Positions 26,691-38,368 of a DNA stretch of 64,000 nt are shown here, piece after piece. The position numbers and the translations under genes are program-made. Source of the stretch: Rhina ancylostomus (lineage: Eukaryota); contig JARFYF010000104.1 of the NCBI GenBank assembly GCA_030265395.1, positions 86,224,833 through 86,288,832 on the forward strand, given 5' to 3'. Under the pieces are notes generated by a model. It did no database searches. It was not told where the DNA came from and worked only from the letters and a program-made list of their open reading frames with translations. Position 1 is the stretch's first letter. The number at the start of each line of letters is the position of its first letter.

Positions 26691-26749
26691 GCAAATGAAC
26701 CAGTGATGATCTTATGAATTTAATAATACACAGTGGAATTTGCAATAGA

Positions 26750-27075
26750 GTAGGTTCTCTAACCCAAGCCCAAGAGTACTTGACTATCTTTACTCAACTA
26801 TATACGTTGGAATTGGTTAAGTGTGAAAGAAATTGTAAGTCCTAGAACTCGGTTCCAATTGAGTCAGCTTGGCCTTTATAAATAAATGCACTAAGGTTCA
26901 GTACTTAGCTTACAGCCTGGCTATCCAATCCAAGCCCAAGTATTCAAGCCTAATGCTTATTGGGTTTGGGTCAGGAATCAAAGAAATCTTAATAACTCAG
27001 GCTCACGTAAGATTTGAATTGGCCATGATTGGTCAAGTTTGAGTTGGGTTTTAAGTTTATTTCTGTGCAGACCTT
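26750..27075. mobile_element. Degraded hAT-like MITE
   Basis: acccaagcccaag and ttgggtttgggtc subterminal repeats occur in both orientations, ending in a TIR-like gtgcagacct. Confidence 0.4.
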
Positions 27076-27399
27076 TTATTTCCAATTCTATTCTTCCTGC
27101 ACAATTGTGGTCTTTGAATGATTGAAGTAATGTGACATGTACAGACATCCAAGAAGATCACCTAATGACCCATCAGTGGTGGTGATTAATGGTATGAGGT
27201 TGTTGTCAGAGGAGATACTGTGAAACCCACAAATATTTGACAACAGTAACCTGGTAGTGATGTGCTGATATATTTAAAAACTATTAAGTTGTATTTTACA
27301 CCTTCTCTCAATGTGTTGCTATGTATAACTTGTGTTTGGTATAATTATTCTGTTGTAGGTAATAGCACACAATGGTTCTCAGCCATGCAAATCTGCCCT

Positions 27400-28524
27400 A
27401 TTGATTTTTGAATCCTTCTGGAACACGTTCAAAGAACCTTTTGCCCAATTGCATGGCATTTCCATTTCAGCTACACTTTTTTCCCCAAAGTTTCATGATT
27501 TGATGCTCAATTTTGCTCCATTTCTGACTTCTGTAGAAATACACCGTGCCTGTTCGAACAAAACATTTGGGACAGCTTCATTTCTCAACCACATGATTTC
27601 TCGATGGGATAATGCGACTCGCACCAAAACAATTCAGTGTTAAATGTTTTAATTCCCTTTGTGGTTGTTGGATTGAAGCCCAATTAATGTGCCTGCATTG
27701 TCAGTGCATTTGACTTCTTTCAAAATCAACCACAGAAAAGGCAATTGATTGCTTAAACGTCATCCACTGCACATCAGTTGACACGGTATTAAAATTGCAA
27801 GATGAATTTCGAAACACTTTGGCTGAATTGTGAACAAGACAAATAAAACTACTGAAAAATAATATTGACTTTTTATCGATAGCAGTAATTTACAAAAGTT
27901 ACTAGGCATATTCCTTTCTGGTTAAACTACTTAACCTTTTTTTTATATCTTTTAGAAACATTTTACGCTCTGCTGCCTTGATGAGAATCAGTTGCAGTCC
28001 TCCTTCAGCTGTCAGCTGTCATTCTTCAGAGAGGACCAGAGAGTGGGCAGGGCAGCACTCTGTGCTGATGGAACGATAGGTTGGGGAGGGGGAGAGGGAA
28101 GTGGGTGGGTGGGGTCTGCGGCTCTTCCTCCTTCAGCTGCGATCGTAGGGGTACGGCGGCAATACCACCCCACTCCAGTCCTGACAGCAGGTCGCAACTG
28201 CCTGACAACTGCCCCTCACTGGCAGGGATTGCTGACTCCCCAAAATCTCCACAGACTCTCCATCACTTCCACTATTTTCCAGCTTCCCGATGGCCACTGA
28301 CCTCTTGAGCTGTGCCTGCATGTGCTATTTCTTCCTTGTACTATCCCCTTGCTACATTCCTTTTACCTCTCTGCTGTTTTTCTCTGTCTCTTTTGGACAG
28401 TGAGATTTACTGTGTTTTGTGGAGAGCAGGGCAGAACTCAGCACTAATGGCCCAGATAGTGTGGTCGAGGCTAAAACTGTGAAATCCACAATTTCTGCAA
28501 AATCATAATTTAGGTAGGCCCTTA
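27400..28524 (-). mobile_element. hAT (Charlie/Buster-like) transposon fossil with transposase remnant and one terminus
   Basis: Minus-strand motifs appear in the expected order and spacing: VKCTDNAGTLIG (about 27680-27714), RII(+1)HRE (about 27600-27625, CxxHRE-like) and GQKVL/ERV (about 27425-27450, RWLSRGKVLxR-like). A terminus TAAGGGCCTAC is at 28514-28524. Confidence 0.5.
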
Positions 28525-29164
28525 CATTGCATCAATGAAACAAGAGAAAAAACTTCTCATTACACTCTGACAGTGCACAGACACGCACATGCTTCCTTTG
28601 AGAATTGTATTGCATTATCAATCTCAATTCACATACCAACAGGGCTGTCAGTCAAGGTAAGCCTAACAATATTAAACAAACTGGGCAGGCACTTTAGCAA
28701 AATGACCCTTCTAGACGTGCTTGGAAGGAAAAGGATTGCTAATTGGGTGGAAGTGTGTGCAAACACAGAGACTAACAGTAAAATCTAGTTATTAGCCATG
28801 TAGTCTTCCAACACATCTGTTAATGCTCTAGACTTTTAACCCAGTAGTTGCCTTTTTCGATTCTCTCCCATTTTTTTCTGAAGGTAGTAATTCATTCCCA
28901 ATTTTGATGTCAGGACTGCCTGGTTCCATTCGAGCATCTGACTATTATGCTCAATCCTGGATGAATAATGAATGGCTATTCAATAAGAAAAGATATCACA
29001 TTCAGTCCTAATCTTCCCAAACCGAATCTGCTTGAACATTTCTTGCAGCATTCCAGCAGTGACAACTTGGTTTAAAGATTATTTTCCATTTATGGTTTAT
29101 CAAATTAGAGGAGATCAATAGAGAACCAGGGTTATACTGCAAATTCGTCTATCACTGCATCCAC

Positions 29165-29712
29165 TGTAACAGCAGTGCCATTGAAGGCTTTGGTCATGCC
29201 TTTGTCATGTTGGATGCAACCACTTCAAGATTGCCTATGCTGCCTCACACCTCTTTTTCTTGATAACTCCAACATTCACAACTCTGCCCTCTGCCCCGTA
29301 TATTCTGATCTTCTCACCCATCAGCCCTATTGAGCTCGCTTTTGATCCCCTGACCACACCACTAAATTTATGATTCTATGTGTTATCCTTAATCCCTTTA
29401 TGGACTCACTTCACTCTTCAGTGCTCATCGTTTACCAATACTGTGCATCACTAAACATTTGCCTTACTTATGGGACATCTATCCCTTCATCCCACATGAG
29501 GTGGCTGTGTCTTCAGTCATCTGGCTCCTATTTCTTGGAATTTTCCTCCCTACTGACTGAATATGTGTTTTTTTTAAATGCAGGCTCAAAATTCATCCCT
29601 GCAGCCAGCTTTCAACTACCTCACCACTTAAAATTGCTTTCCTGCCTTATTGTCTCTCCTTGATGTGAAGCACCTTGCAATGTTGGCTTTAGATTTTAAA
29701 GGTGTTACACAT
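29165..29712 (+). mobile_element. L2 LINE 3' portion
   Basis: Reads EALVHAFV-like (gctttggtcatgcctttgtc), SPISP and WNFLP, and ends in the L2 tail tgtgaagcaccttg..taaaggtgttacacat. Confidence 0.65.
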
Positions 29713-29719
29713 ATTATAT

Positions 29720-30118
29720 CTTTGTAGGCGGTCACTAGGGGTTGAGGGTGACTTGCCTCAATGCACTAACCTTTTTGATTCCTTGGCTGATGAGACTAGT
29801 GTGGGATCTTTAAACTCTGCCACAGTAGGGGGCAGGAGCTGTTTGATGGGTGTGGATGGTGCTCTCCTCCTGCCATTTTCACTGGGCATCCACGTGCTCC
29901 TGATGCTTGGGCGTAAAGTTCTTGGTGCCATCCTAGACCTCTTTCTCCAGTTTGGTCGGTCATGGGCTAGGGATTCCCACAGGCTGGTTGAGGATGTTAC
30001 ATTTTCTCAAGGAGGCTTTGAGAATGTCATTGTAGTCTTTTCTCTGTCTAGCTAGTAATTTGTTCCCATGGTGATACTTGGGCTAGAGAGCCTGTTTCAA
30101 TGGTCTGGTATCAGGCAC
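29720..30118 (-). mobile_element. RTE-clade (BovB-like) LINE 3' end
   Basis: Minus strand reads VPDTRPLKQAL*PKYHHGNKLLARQRKDYNDILKASLRKCNI / WESLAHDRPNWRKR, followed by a CP.CGRV..SH..LIS-like terminal motif. Confidence 0.8.
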
Positions 30119-31359
30119 AAATCATACAAGTTAAAGTTACTGTCTGCTGGCATCCATAGCTCTTTCAAGCCTTTTGTATTTTGGGATAAACACTTGCATT
30201 GTTAACAGAGATCAAATCGCTTCCCCTTTCCTTCAATATATGGAGAGTTTTATGGGCTGGTTTGTGGCATGATCATTTCTCTGCAGGGAGTTGCAGGTTT
30301 CCCACAGTAATTGATATTGGAACAACTGCAATTAATCAAATTGCAGAGCAGCAAGATGATGGCCAAGGTAAAACTCAGGAATCTAATATCTTGAGTGGTT
30401 CCTAATAATTAATTTTTTTTGCAGTAGAAAGGAAAATTATTTCTACTTTGAGTTATTCACTTTAATGAAATGTAAATTATACTCTGAATCTTAACCTCAT
30501 TTATACAGAAGCTCTAACTTATGCCAGGCACAGTCTATATTTTACTTGAAAGTCAAATGAAAAATGGACACTTTTTTCCCTCCCTTTGCATTAGCTTCTC
30601 TGGAAAGTATACATTAGACTAATGGCAATACATGACACTGAATGGAAGCATTTTCACTTCACTGTATATTGTTGGATGAAAGTTATTATCTGATTTTACA
30701 CTCCTTGTTGGAGTCTTGCCCAGTAGGAACACAAATTGGAAATCTGGGCATGTGTGGAGAATTCATTTCCGATCAAATGTAGCAGTGCACAAATTTTCAA
30801 TATATCTTCCTGTCAAGCAAGGATGCTGGGAATGCAAAATTGAAGGATTATTCTATGAGCTGTTATGTGAGGGTCCGTCAAACATAAAGCAGAGAGCCTC
30901 CTTGGATATTGCTGGCTAGAATTGAAGACCATCCCATCTTATGGATGCATCCTTGACCCTATCCAAAACCCTGGCAACAGGGTACAAATTAGATTATCGG
31001 GAACTTGTGCCACAGGGTGGCTTACTCTGAAGACTGAATATAAATGAAAAAATTAATATAAGTAATTATCTGACAATAGATTGGTCTTGAATCAATCACG
31101 ATGGAGAACTTGGGCAGGGTCAGTACAATTGCATTCTCCGTTGACCTGGTCCCTGCTCATGTGAAAAGTGGCAGCTTTTCACTAAGACCATGTTCCAGCA
31201 TAAGTTGCTGGGTGCAGTAAAGCAGAGCAGAGAACAGAGAGAACGCTGATGAGGAAGGCATTATGGTTGCATTATTTTAGCAGCTGACATTGATATGCCA
31301 CTTTGAAGTGCCAACGAAAGGTGAGTAATCAAAAAAATGGTGCTGACCTATGGAGGGAA

Positions 31360-31640
31360 TCATTGGGAAAACAGAAAAAAAGGTTGCTCAAGAATTTATT
31401 TTTAAGGATAATTTGAAAACTGGAAGGTAGAGAGGTTTAAGGAGGGAATTCCAGTTTCAAGTCCTATTGGAGGCCAGTGAAAAGCATATACAGGAAGCCG
31501 GAGGTGAAGAAACTGCATGTGATTAAAGGCCTGAAGGAGATTATATGGATTATTGGTGGGCTATAAATATAAAATGAAAGTTTTAAAACCAAGGCATTGA
31601 TGGATCTGTGAAGATCAGTCCGTATGGAAATGGCGTTGAA
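31360..31640 (-). mobile_element. L2 LINE 3' fragment
   Basis: agagaggtttaaggagggaattccag is the reverse of WNSLL/PKPL, and the segment is similar to 47200-47480. Confidence 0.55.
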
Positions 31641-31684
31641 ATGGAATCCAACATATGGTCGGAAAACCTATATCCTAACACCCC

Positions 31685-31880
31685 ACAACTTGCATTTACA
31701 GTCCTCTTTGCTTGCAGTATAACAGCACTTCATTCAATTGACATAACATAATGGGCACCACAATTGTCCCATTATTAACCTGCCAGGAGGCAGAACAGCT
31801 TCCAACCCAAGTAATGAAATAAATTTGATAAAATTCACCTGAACACATTTGTGAATGTCGCACAGGAATGGGCTTCCTCA
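31685..31880 (-). mobile_element. Deu-domain SINE 3' part, highly degenerate
   Basis: Begins acttgcattta (reverse of the taaatgcaagt tail). Similarity beyond that is weak. Confidence 0.35.
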
Positions 31881-32288
31881 TTGAGAGATGATAGACTCTG
31901 TGCTGTGACAGATAGAATCCAAATTCATTCAGTGTCTGTGATAGAAATAGGACAAGTAGTTGGTCTGCATCATTTGCTGTATCCAGAGCTTGTACGCATG
32001 TGTCGCTCAGCTTTGTACTTCACTGTGGTTTTACAAACAAACGTATTCTTTATCTGCAGCTCTAATTTGCAACTCCTGGAACTACTAACCAGTTTAACAG
32101 CCTCCATCTTGCCCATATTGTTGGAAGAGGTTTGTGATTCTTTCAGGCAACAGGAAACTTTATTTCGACATATGGAAAAGTTTACCCATTTTGTAGAGCT
32201 GTGAAAGTTAAGTACTAGGAAATATCTAATGTTGTTTATTATTGTGGTGATAAATTGTAAATGTAATGCCTCAGCTGAAAACTAAAGG

Positions 32289-32663
32289 GTATGATAGTGT
32301 GACGTTTAAGTTACCAAGCTAACAGCCTGACTCCTGGACAATTCATCCAGAGACAGGAGATTAAATCTCCATGGCAACTAGGGAATTCAAGTAATTAAAT
32401 AAATCCGGAATTTAAAAAAAGAAATGCTTGCCTCCTTTACAGCATCTACGACGTTGTTGGATTGCTCTGAAAACCCTTTTGGTTCATTGATGTCCTTTAG
32501 GGAAGGAAATCTGTCATCCTTGCACAGTTTGGACTACAGATGACTCTCAACCAATCAAAGTGGTTGACTGCTAACTGCCTTCTCAGTTTGGAGGCAATTA
32601 GGGATGAACAATAAATGCTGCCATTGCCAGTGACAACCACATCCTCTGACTGAATAAATAAAA
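32289..32663 (+). mobile_element. tRNA-head SINE family A, near full length
   Basis: Collinear with 2041-2420 (gtcctttagggaaggaaatctgtcatcctt; tggttgact..aactgcct). Tail ggcaattagggatgaacaataaatgctgccattgccag..gaataaata. Confidence 0.75.
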
Positions 32664-33107
32664 GAATTATTCTATTATGAACAGGTAAACATTAGTCAAT
32701 TCTGATGTATCAAAATGCCTACAGCCATGGGAGTCAATTTTTATTTGAACAATAATAGATTGAACAGTGATTTAGGATGTGGTTATTGAATATAAAACTT
32801 CCAGAATTTCTAATGATTAATAGGGTGGGATAAACTTCATGATAGAATAGCTTAAAATTATTTCAGGTATCCAAATAAGAGTCAAGATCTCCAATTTTGT
32901 TAATATACATCTGTGGCAGAATAAGACCTTTGCCTTTCTCAGAAATGTATTCATGATTGTGGCTTTTCCTGAAATTTCCTGAAAAATGAAATTTGCATTT
33001 CATCTGAAGAATTCAAACAAAGCTGCAGAATAAAATAGTGCTGGCTGTAAAACTTTTTTTTCTGAAAAATGGCTTTTTACATGATGTAATCATTCTTTTT
33101 GGTTGCA

Positions 33108-33316
33108 TGGATGCAGTACTGTAGAGGATATGTTACTGAACAGGTCATCCAGAGGCTGGACTAATAATCAGGAAAATACCAAATCTCAGCATGGAAGCTT
33201 GAGGATTTGAATTCAGTTTAAGAGGAACCTGGAAGTAAAAAATAGTCTTTAATAGAAGTTGTCACAGAGCTGGTGAATTATTATAGAAATTGTGAATGAT
33301 TTATTTATGTCTTTAC
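33108..33316 (+). mobile_element. SINE family A, 5' half
   Basis: atgttactgaacaggtcatccagaggctggactaataatc..gatttgaattcag resembles the heads at 2041 and 32289. Confidence 0.55.
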
Positions 33317-33619
33317 TTGGTTTGGCATAAAAATGAAGCACAAGTTGCTTCAAACTACTGCAAGATGTATTGCAGTGGTTTCAGAACCTAGCCCATCATC
33401 ACCTTCTCAGCACAGTTAAATGTAACTCAGCAGCACCCCAGATAAATAACGACCTATGGAGCCAACAAAAGATTTCACAAGTTTTCCTTCCTATTGCCCA
33501 CCATAGAGGTGACTCAGTTGTTGGGAGGTAAGTCTCAGGATGTATTTCCTTCATTTGCACATACTTTTAACATATCTGGATTGGCAAACCTCTAAGTTGA
33601 CTGTAAAATATTTAAACTA

Positions 33620-33925
33620 GTGCAATGCATTGATACAGTAACTTTACAAAACACTAGTTCCACCACAATGAGAGCATTGTGTCTTGTTCTGGGTGTTACA
33701 CTTTAGGAAAGATGTGAAGGCTTCAGAGGGATTGCAGAAGAGATTCACTAAAGTGGCTCCAGGGATGTGGATAGATGGAGAAGCTGACTTGTTTTATTTG
33801 AAATAAAGGAGGCTGTGATGGGATCAGGTGAAGGTATTTAAAACCATGAGGGTATGGACAAGGATAGACAGAGGAAGGCTCTGTCAAACGTGTTGGGCTT
33901 CTTGAGGAGAAGTGATAAGATTTAG
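33620..33925 (+). mobile_element. CR1 ORF2 fragment
   Basis: Reads KTLVPPQ*EHCVLFWVLHFRKDVKASEGLQKRFTKVAPGM, matching the CR1 pattern LVRP.LEYCV.FW.P..RKD..LE.VQRRFT. Confidence 0.8.
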
Positions 33926-33934
33926 CAATCATGG

Positions 33935-34250
33935 TCCAGTCAACAGAAGTCTTAACGGTGAGGCAAGAAGTCAGAGGAATGTGGGCTTCGTGAAGGGCTT
34001 GTAATTAGAAATGGATGTTTCACAGAAGAGAGGTGAGGCCAAATCAAGAGGTATACAGATCAAAATTTGCATTTTTAAATGAAGCCAGTGGGGTTCCAGG
34101 AGGCAGTGTAGATGCTGGAGCACAGAGGTAATGGGTGAACAGACTTGGTCTAGGTATGATGTAGCAGCTGTGTTTTGGATGAACATTTATCTCTTCACCT
34201 GCAAAGTCTTCCAGTTGCAGTGCTTTGTAGCAGTCAATCAAGGCTTGCCA
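33935..34250 (-). mobile_element. L2 ORF2 C-terminal fragment
   Basis: Track ORF 33971..34186 IQNTAA..SPITSVLQHLHCL matches the L2 pattern IQN.AAR..SPITPVL..LHWLP. Confidence 0.75.
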
Positions 34251-34474
34251 CAGGCTGGTTCCATACTCTTAGGGCTCCACTTGTGACTAAAAATCTCACT
34301 GGGATGCCATCAAAATTATATAGATGGTGCTCAATCCTGAAGATCCCCTGATTGATCCCCTGATTAATCCCCACCAAAATTAATTACAGCATTGTGCTCT
34401 CTCCAGATATAATCCATTTTTGAAGGACTAAAATCTCTCATATATCATTAGATTTTTTTTTCACTACTCTTATG

Positions 34475-34680
34475 AACAAAGTTCACAGGCTCAAGGGAAG
34501 ACAAAAGGCCATTCATCCCCCTTGAGGCCACTCTTCAATCATTTCGATCATGGTTGATCAGCATCTCCACTTCATTTACCAATTTTTCTGCGATATCTCT
34601 CGGTACGTCATACCTACCAATAGTAAGTCTCCATTTTGAAAAATTCATTCGGCTCAGCATGCACACATTCTACTAAACTC
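34475..34680 (-). mobile_element. CR1 3' tail
   Basis: ggccattcatcccccttgag..gatcatggttgatc is the reverse of the CR1 terminus gatcagccatgatc..gaatggcct. Confidence 0.6.
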
Positions 34681-35264
34681 CTACGATTTGGCTGTGAATA
34701 TTCTCTAATACTCTTTAACAGTACTAAATGTGCTGGTCTGTATGAAACTGTAATTCAGTCTGGGAGTTAGATGTTGTTGATATTAGCAAATACTTTGAGC
34801 TATGCTATGGTATTTTATGACATTATCAGTAGAGGGCTATTGAATTACTACCTTGTAGCTTACTGGTGGCCAATCAGTTTACATACACTTACAAACACTT
34901 ATTATATATGTTTTATTATTTCCTGTGGAAGTAAGATGACATGGAGATTAATACCTACCTTAGAGAGTTTTAAAGACTGTTACAGAAGGAATTTAGATGA
35001 CATCAGGCTCTTGGGGTTTATAAAATCATCTAAGCTAGTGATCATGTTACGACCTTATGATCCTAGGCAGCTTTCCTTATTTCTAATATATAACTTATTT
35101 TCCTCTTAACATTTAAATATGTATTTGACCTTCTCAATAGGAATGGCTCACATGGGGTCTAATCGAACAGTGAGGGTGAACTACGTAAACACAGAGCAAA
35201 TGATTTTTTTGATGAATATAATATATATGGACATTTAAAAACAAAGGGCAATGCTGTCAGCAAA

Positions 35265-35560
35265 CATCTGTTCTGACTAATCCTTGTAAGGTGTGAATAG
35301 CATGGTTACAATTAACCCTGGGTTAGGAAGGGGAAAATTGCCGATATTTCCTTCTCTGATTATCCTCAGGTGTGATCTGCTGGTGAAGAGAAGTTGTGTA
35401 AACATTGTGGAAGGCTAGGATTAAGGACAAGGTGGACAGGAAGGACAAGGACATTCGTCTTTGGTGGAATATTTTCGCATCAAAGTATTGTTCACATGAA
35501 CAGGGGCAGGAGGATAATGGGGTCCCAATGAATTGTACCTCAAGAACCTGGCCAAAGAGT
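35265..35560 (+). mobile_element. Old dispersed SINE-like repeat (family C here, unassigned)
   Basis: ccctgggttaggaaggggaaaatt..cttctctgattatcc..ctgctgg resembles 37650-37700 and, inverted, 63810-63900. Confidence 0.35.
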
Positions 35561-36177
35561 TCAGGCAAAAGAAATTAAAATGGGACTGTTTGAGAAGCCA
35601 AGAAAGACTTGGAAGAATTCACAATGACTTTAAATATTAATGCAACTAAAAGTGTATAAAAACACCAAATTATGTAGTATAGCCGTTTGGAAAAAAATGT
35701 CGAGTGTGGGAATTGTGATGAATTTCTTAGAAATATTAAATCTTGGCCATCTGCTTTAATCATGACTCTGGTTAAATTGAGCAGCCTTGTTGAGCTCATG
35801 CCTACTTTATGCAGGAATATAAAACAAAATTGTCCCTTAAAAATATGACGTTGGTCATTTATTTAATGAGTGAACGGACAGTTAACTTTGATGCAGAGAC
35901 AAATTGAAAATAAGATGCGTACAATACAAATATGTGTATTAAAGAGACAGCACTGAGATCTGGCCTCCATATAGAAATAGAAAGAATGAGCATACATTTG
36001 TTTTGTGCGTTTCACAACTCCAAGCTTCACAACAATCAATAACTATTTTTATGGACATTTTGACATAAACTGCCTTACTGTGACTGTTTTATGAATCAAA
36101 CTTTCAGGGACCAACAGGATGGCACATTTTTCAGGTGTCCTTGACATCTGTCTAAAACAAATGTTAGGCCCCTAACT

Positions 36178-36582
36178 TGCCTGCTTTGGGTTGAATGGTA
36201 GCAATCTTGAATCTGAGTCAGAAGGTTGAAGTCCATCGCTGAGACTTGGACACAGAGACCTCGGCTGATACATATGGGCAATACTGAGGGATGTTACATT
36301 GTTGGCAGTGCTCTGTTTTGAATCAGGCTTCACCTACACTCTCAAATGAATAGGAAAATGGTTGGAATCTTGAAGAAGAACAGAATCCTGGTCAATATTT
36401 CTCCCTCAGCTAGCAATGATAAGAAGTTATTTAATGGCTAGTTCAGTTCTGATTACGAGATCTTGCTGTGGGAAAAATGGCTACCATGATTTCTACACCA
36501 GAGCAACAATTGAATTTCAGGTTATTTAATTGACCATAAATCATTTTGAAATATTCTGAAGCTTGAAAAGGCTCCATATTAT
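36178..36582 (+). mobile_element. Deu-domain SINE, near full length
   Basis: Head tggtagcaatcttgaatctgagtcagaaggttg, core tactgagggatgttacattgttggcagtgc..gaagaagaacag..cctggtcaatatttctccctca, tail ttgaaaaggctccatat. Confidence 0.7.
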
Positions 36583-36984
36583 TATTATTCTTAATTAAGG
36601 GAGGCACCCAAGGTTGTTATTCTGTTTTAACTTGATTATATGATCCTGTGGAGTGAATAGAATAGGAGTGATGCTCTTTTCTTAGGGCTCATGATACTCT
36701 TACATCCTCCCACCCTGCTAATAGTTGCCTTGATCAGGAAATCTCCTACACTTTGTGTAGGCTAACCCAGGAATAGCTGCTTCATTGAGGCAGAGAAGAG
36801 CCGGTGATCAGATAGATGGTTTCCTTTTGAAAAGAGGAATACTGGAGAAAATTTGGGGATAAATTGGGACCGAAACCAGTGTTGGGGAGAGTTAATTATA
36901 TCGATGCAATTTGTGGAAGCCTGTATCTGGTTCTGAACAAACTGTCATATAACTAGACATGACACATTTGGAAAATAGGTGAGT

Positions 36985-37138
36985 AGAATAAAACAGAAAA
37001 TGCTGGAAATACTTAACAGGTTAGGTTTCGAAGAGAGAAACAAAGTTACCATTTCCAGTCAGTGATTTGTCTGAAATGTTAACTCCTTTTTCTTGTTCTG
37101 TGGATGACTATTTCTGATATTTTCTGCTTTACTATTTT
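36985..37138. mobile_element. Fold-back miniature Penelope-like element
   Basis: aataaaacagaaaatgctggaaatac is inverted to tatttctgatattttctgctttactatt, and the centre holds hammerhead-region sequence (ctgaaatgttaact). Confidence 0.6.
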
Positions 37139-38224
37139 GCTTTGGAGGCAGAGAGGGTAATTTATTCCTAGTTAAGCATCCTTATAGCTTCACTGCTCAG
37201 TTCCCACTGTTTACAAAATGTAGAGTGAATTCTCTGTTGCATCACCTCACTGAGCATCAAACCAAATAGGAAGTCCCTAGGTGTCCAGTACTGCATTAAT
37301 AGCCAGCATCTCAGCAGCACCTTACACTGGTGTGAAAGTACCGCTGATCATCATTGTAAACTATTATACAGAGAATAAAAATTGACACAACTGCTGGAAA
37401 GCCCTCTGTGGATTCATTTTCAGTGAGAGTGGCAGCTGTTTTTGGCCAGGCTTGAGAGTAAATGAAGGCAAACTGACTTATTTTGGTTAGAAAAGTAAGT
37501 TTTGACTTGTTAAAACGAAAGGTAATTATTTTTTCAATGAGAACCATGGTCTGAGAAAACTGGGTCACTGTTGACATTTTCCAAATCCCCCTCCTCTAGT
37601 TATGTTTTCTCAGTCGTAGCCTATAATTATGATTACGCTGTGGGTAAATTGTGTGGCCTGCTCCTGATTATACCTTTAGTCGAAGACCATCTGCTGGTGA
37701 TGGAGATGTTTGGATGTTAGCCCTTCTGCAGGCAGTAATGCAGAAATGAAAGAAACCATTGGTGCAGGTAGTAAGCAGATGTATCCTATCAGCTTGTTTC
37801 AGTACCCCTTTGCAATCTGCTGTCCTTGGCATGTCGATGGGCAGTGTGCCTGCAAGTCAGCTGGTTGCTCAGCATCAGCAATGATTCACTCTGGTCTCAA
37901 GTCGTTTGAAAACACAGGAATGCGCAGAGTCATGTTTTTTGCACTTCTGATGCTGAGAAATTTCTTGTCAAGACTTGAGCCTCTCTGAAAGGAGAGGAGA
38001 GAAAGTTTTTAATGAAATCCTGCTAAAACCTGAATTGCATAAGGATATATGTCAAAGAATGAAGCAAGTGATTTTATTTTTTTTGTTGAGATTGGAACCT
38101 GTTTCAGCAGTAATTGAAGCTCAATGCTTTGAAGTAGTTGTAAATGCTTAGAGGACCGAACACAGCTATATTTCCTGAAGTGGATAAAATGTTTATAGAN
38201 NNNNNNNNNGATACAGACAGTATT

Positions 38225-38368
38225 TGTACCTTCTGTCCTGATGCAGTGTCTTGACCCGAAACATCAACCATCCCTCTGCCTCCACAGATGCTGCTCGACC
38301 CAATGAGTTCCTCCAACAGCTTGTTTGTTGCTCTAGATTTCGGCATGTGCTGTGCCTTTTGTCTCCAA
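38225..38368 (+). mobile_element. Penelope-like pseudo-LTR with the best-preserved hammerhead-like motif
   Basis: gtc-CTGATGC-A-gtgtcttgaccc-GAAA-c-ATC-aac at 38235-38268, followed by ctccacagatgctgctcgacccaatgagttcctcc. Confidence 0.75.
38235..38268 (+). ncRNA. Minimal type I hammerhead-ribozyme-like motif (non-canonical, possibly inactive)
   Basis: Shows CUGAUG, stem II, GAAA, a one-pair stem III, an NUH triplet and short stem I arms. The A9 position is C and stem II has a mismatch. Confidence 0.4.

Noticed and set aside
34342-34372. 12-bp unit repeated about 2.5 times
   Set aside because: This is an ordinary slippage duplication with no spacers, so it is not CRISPR-like.
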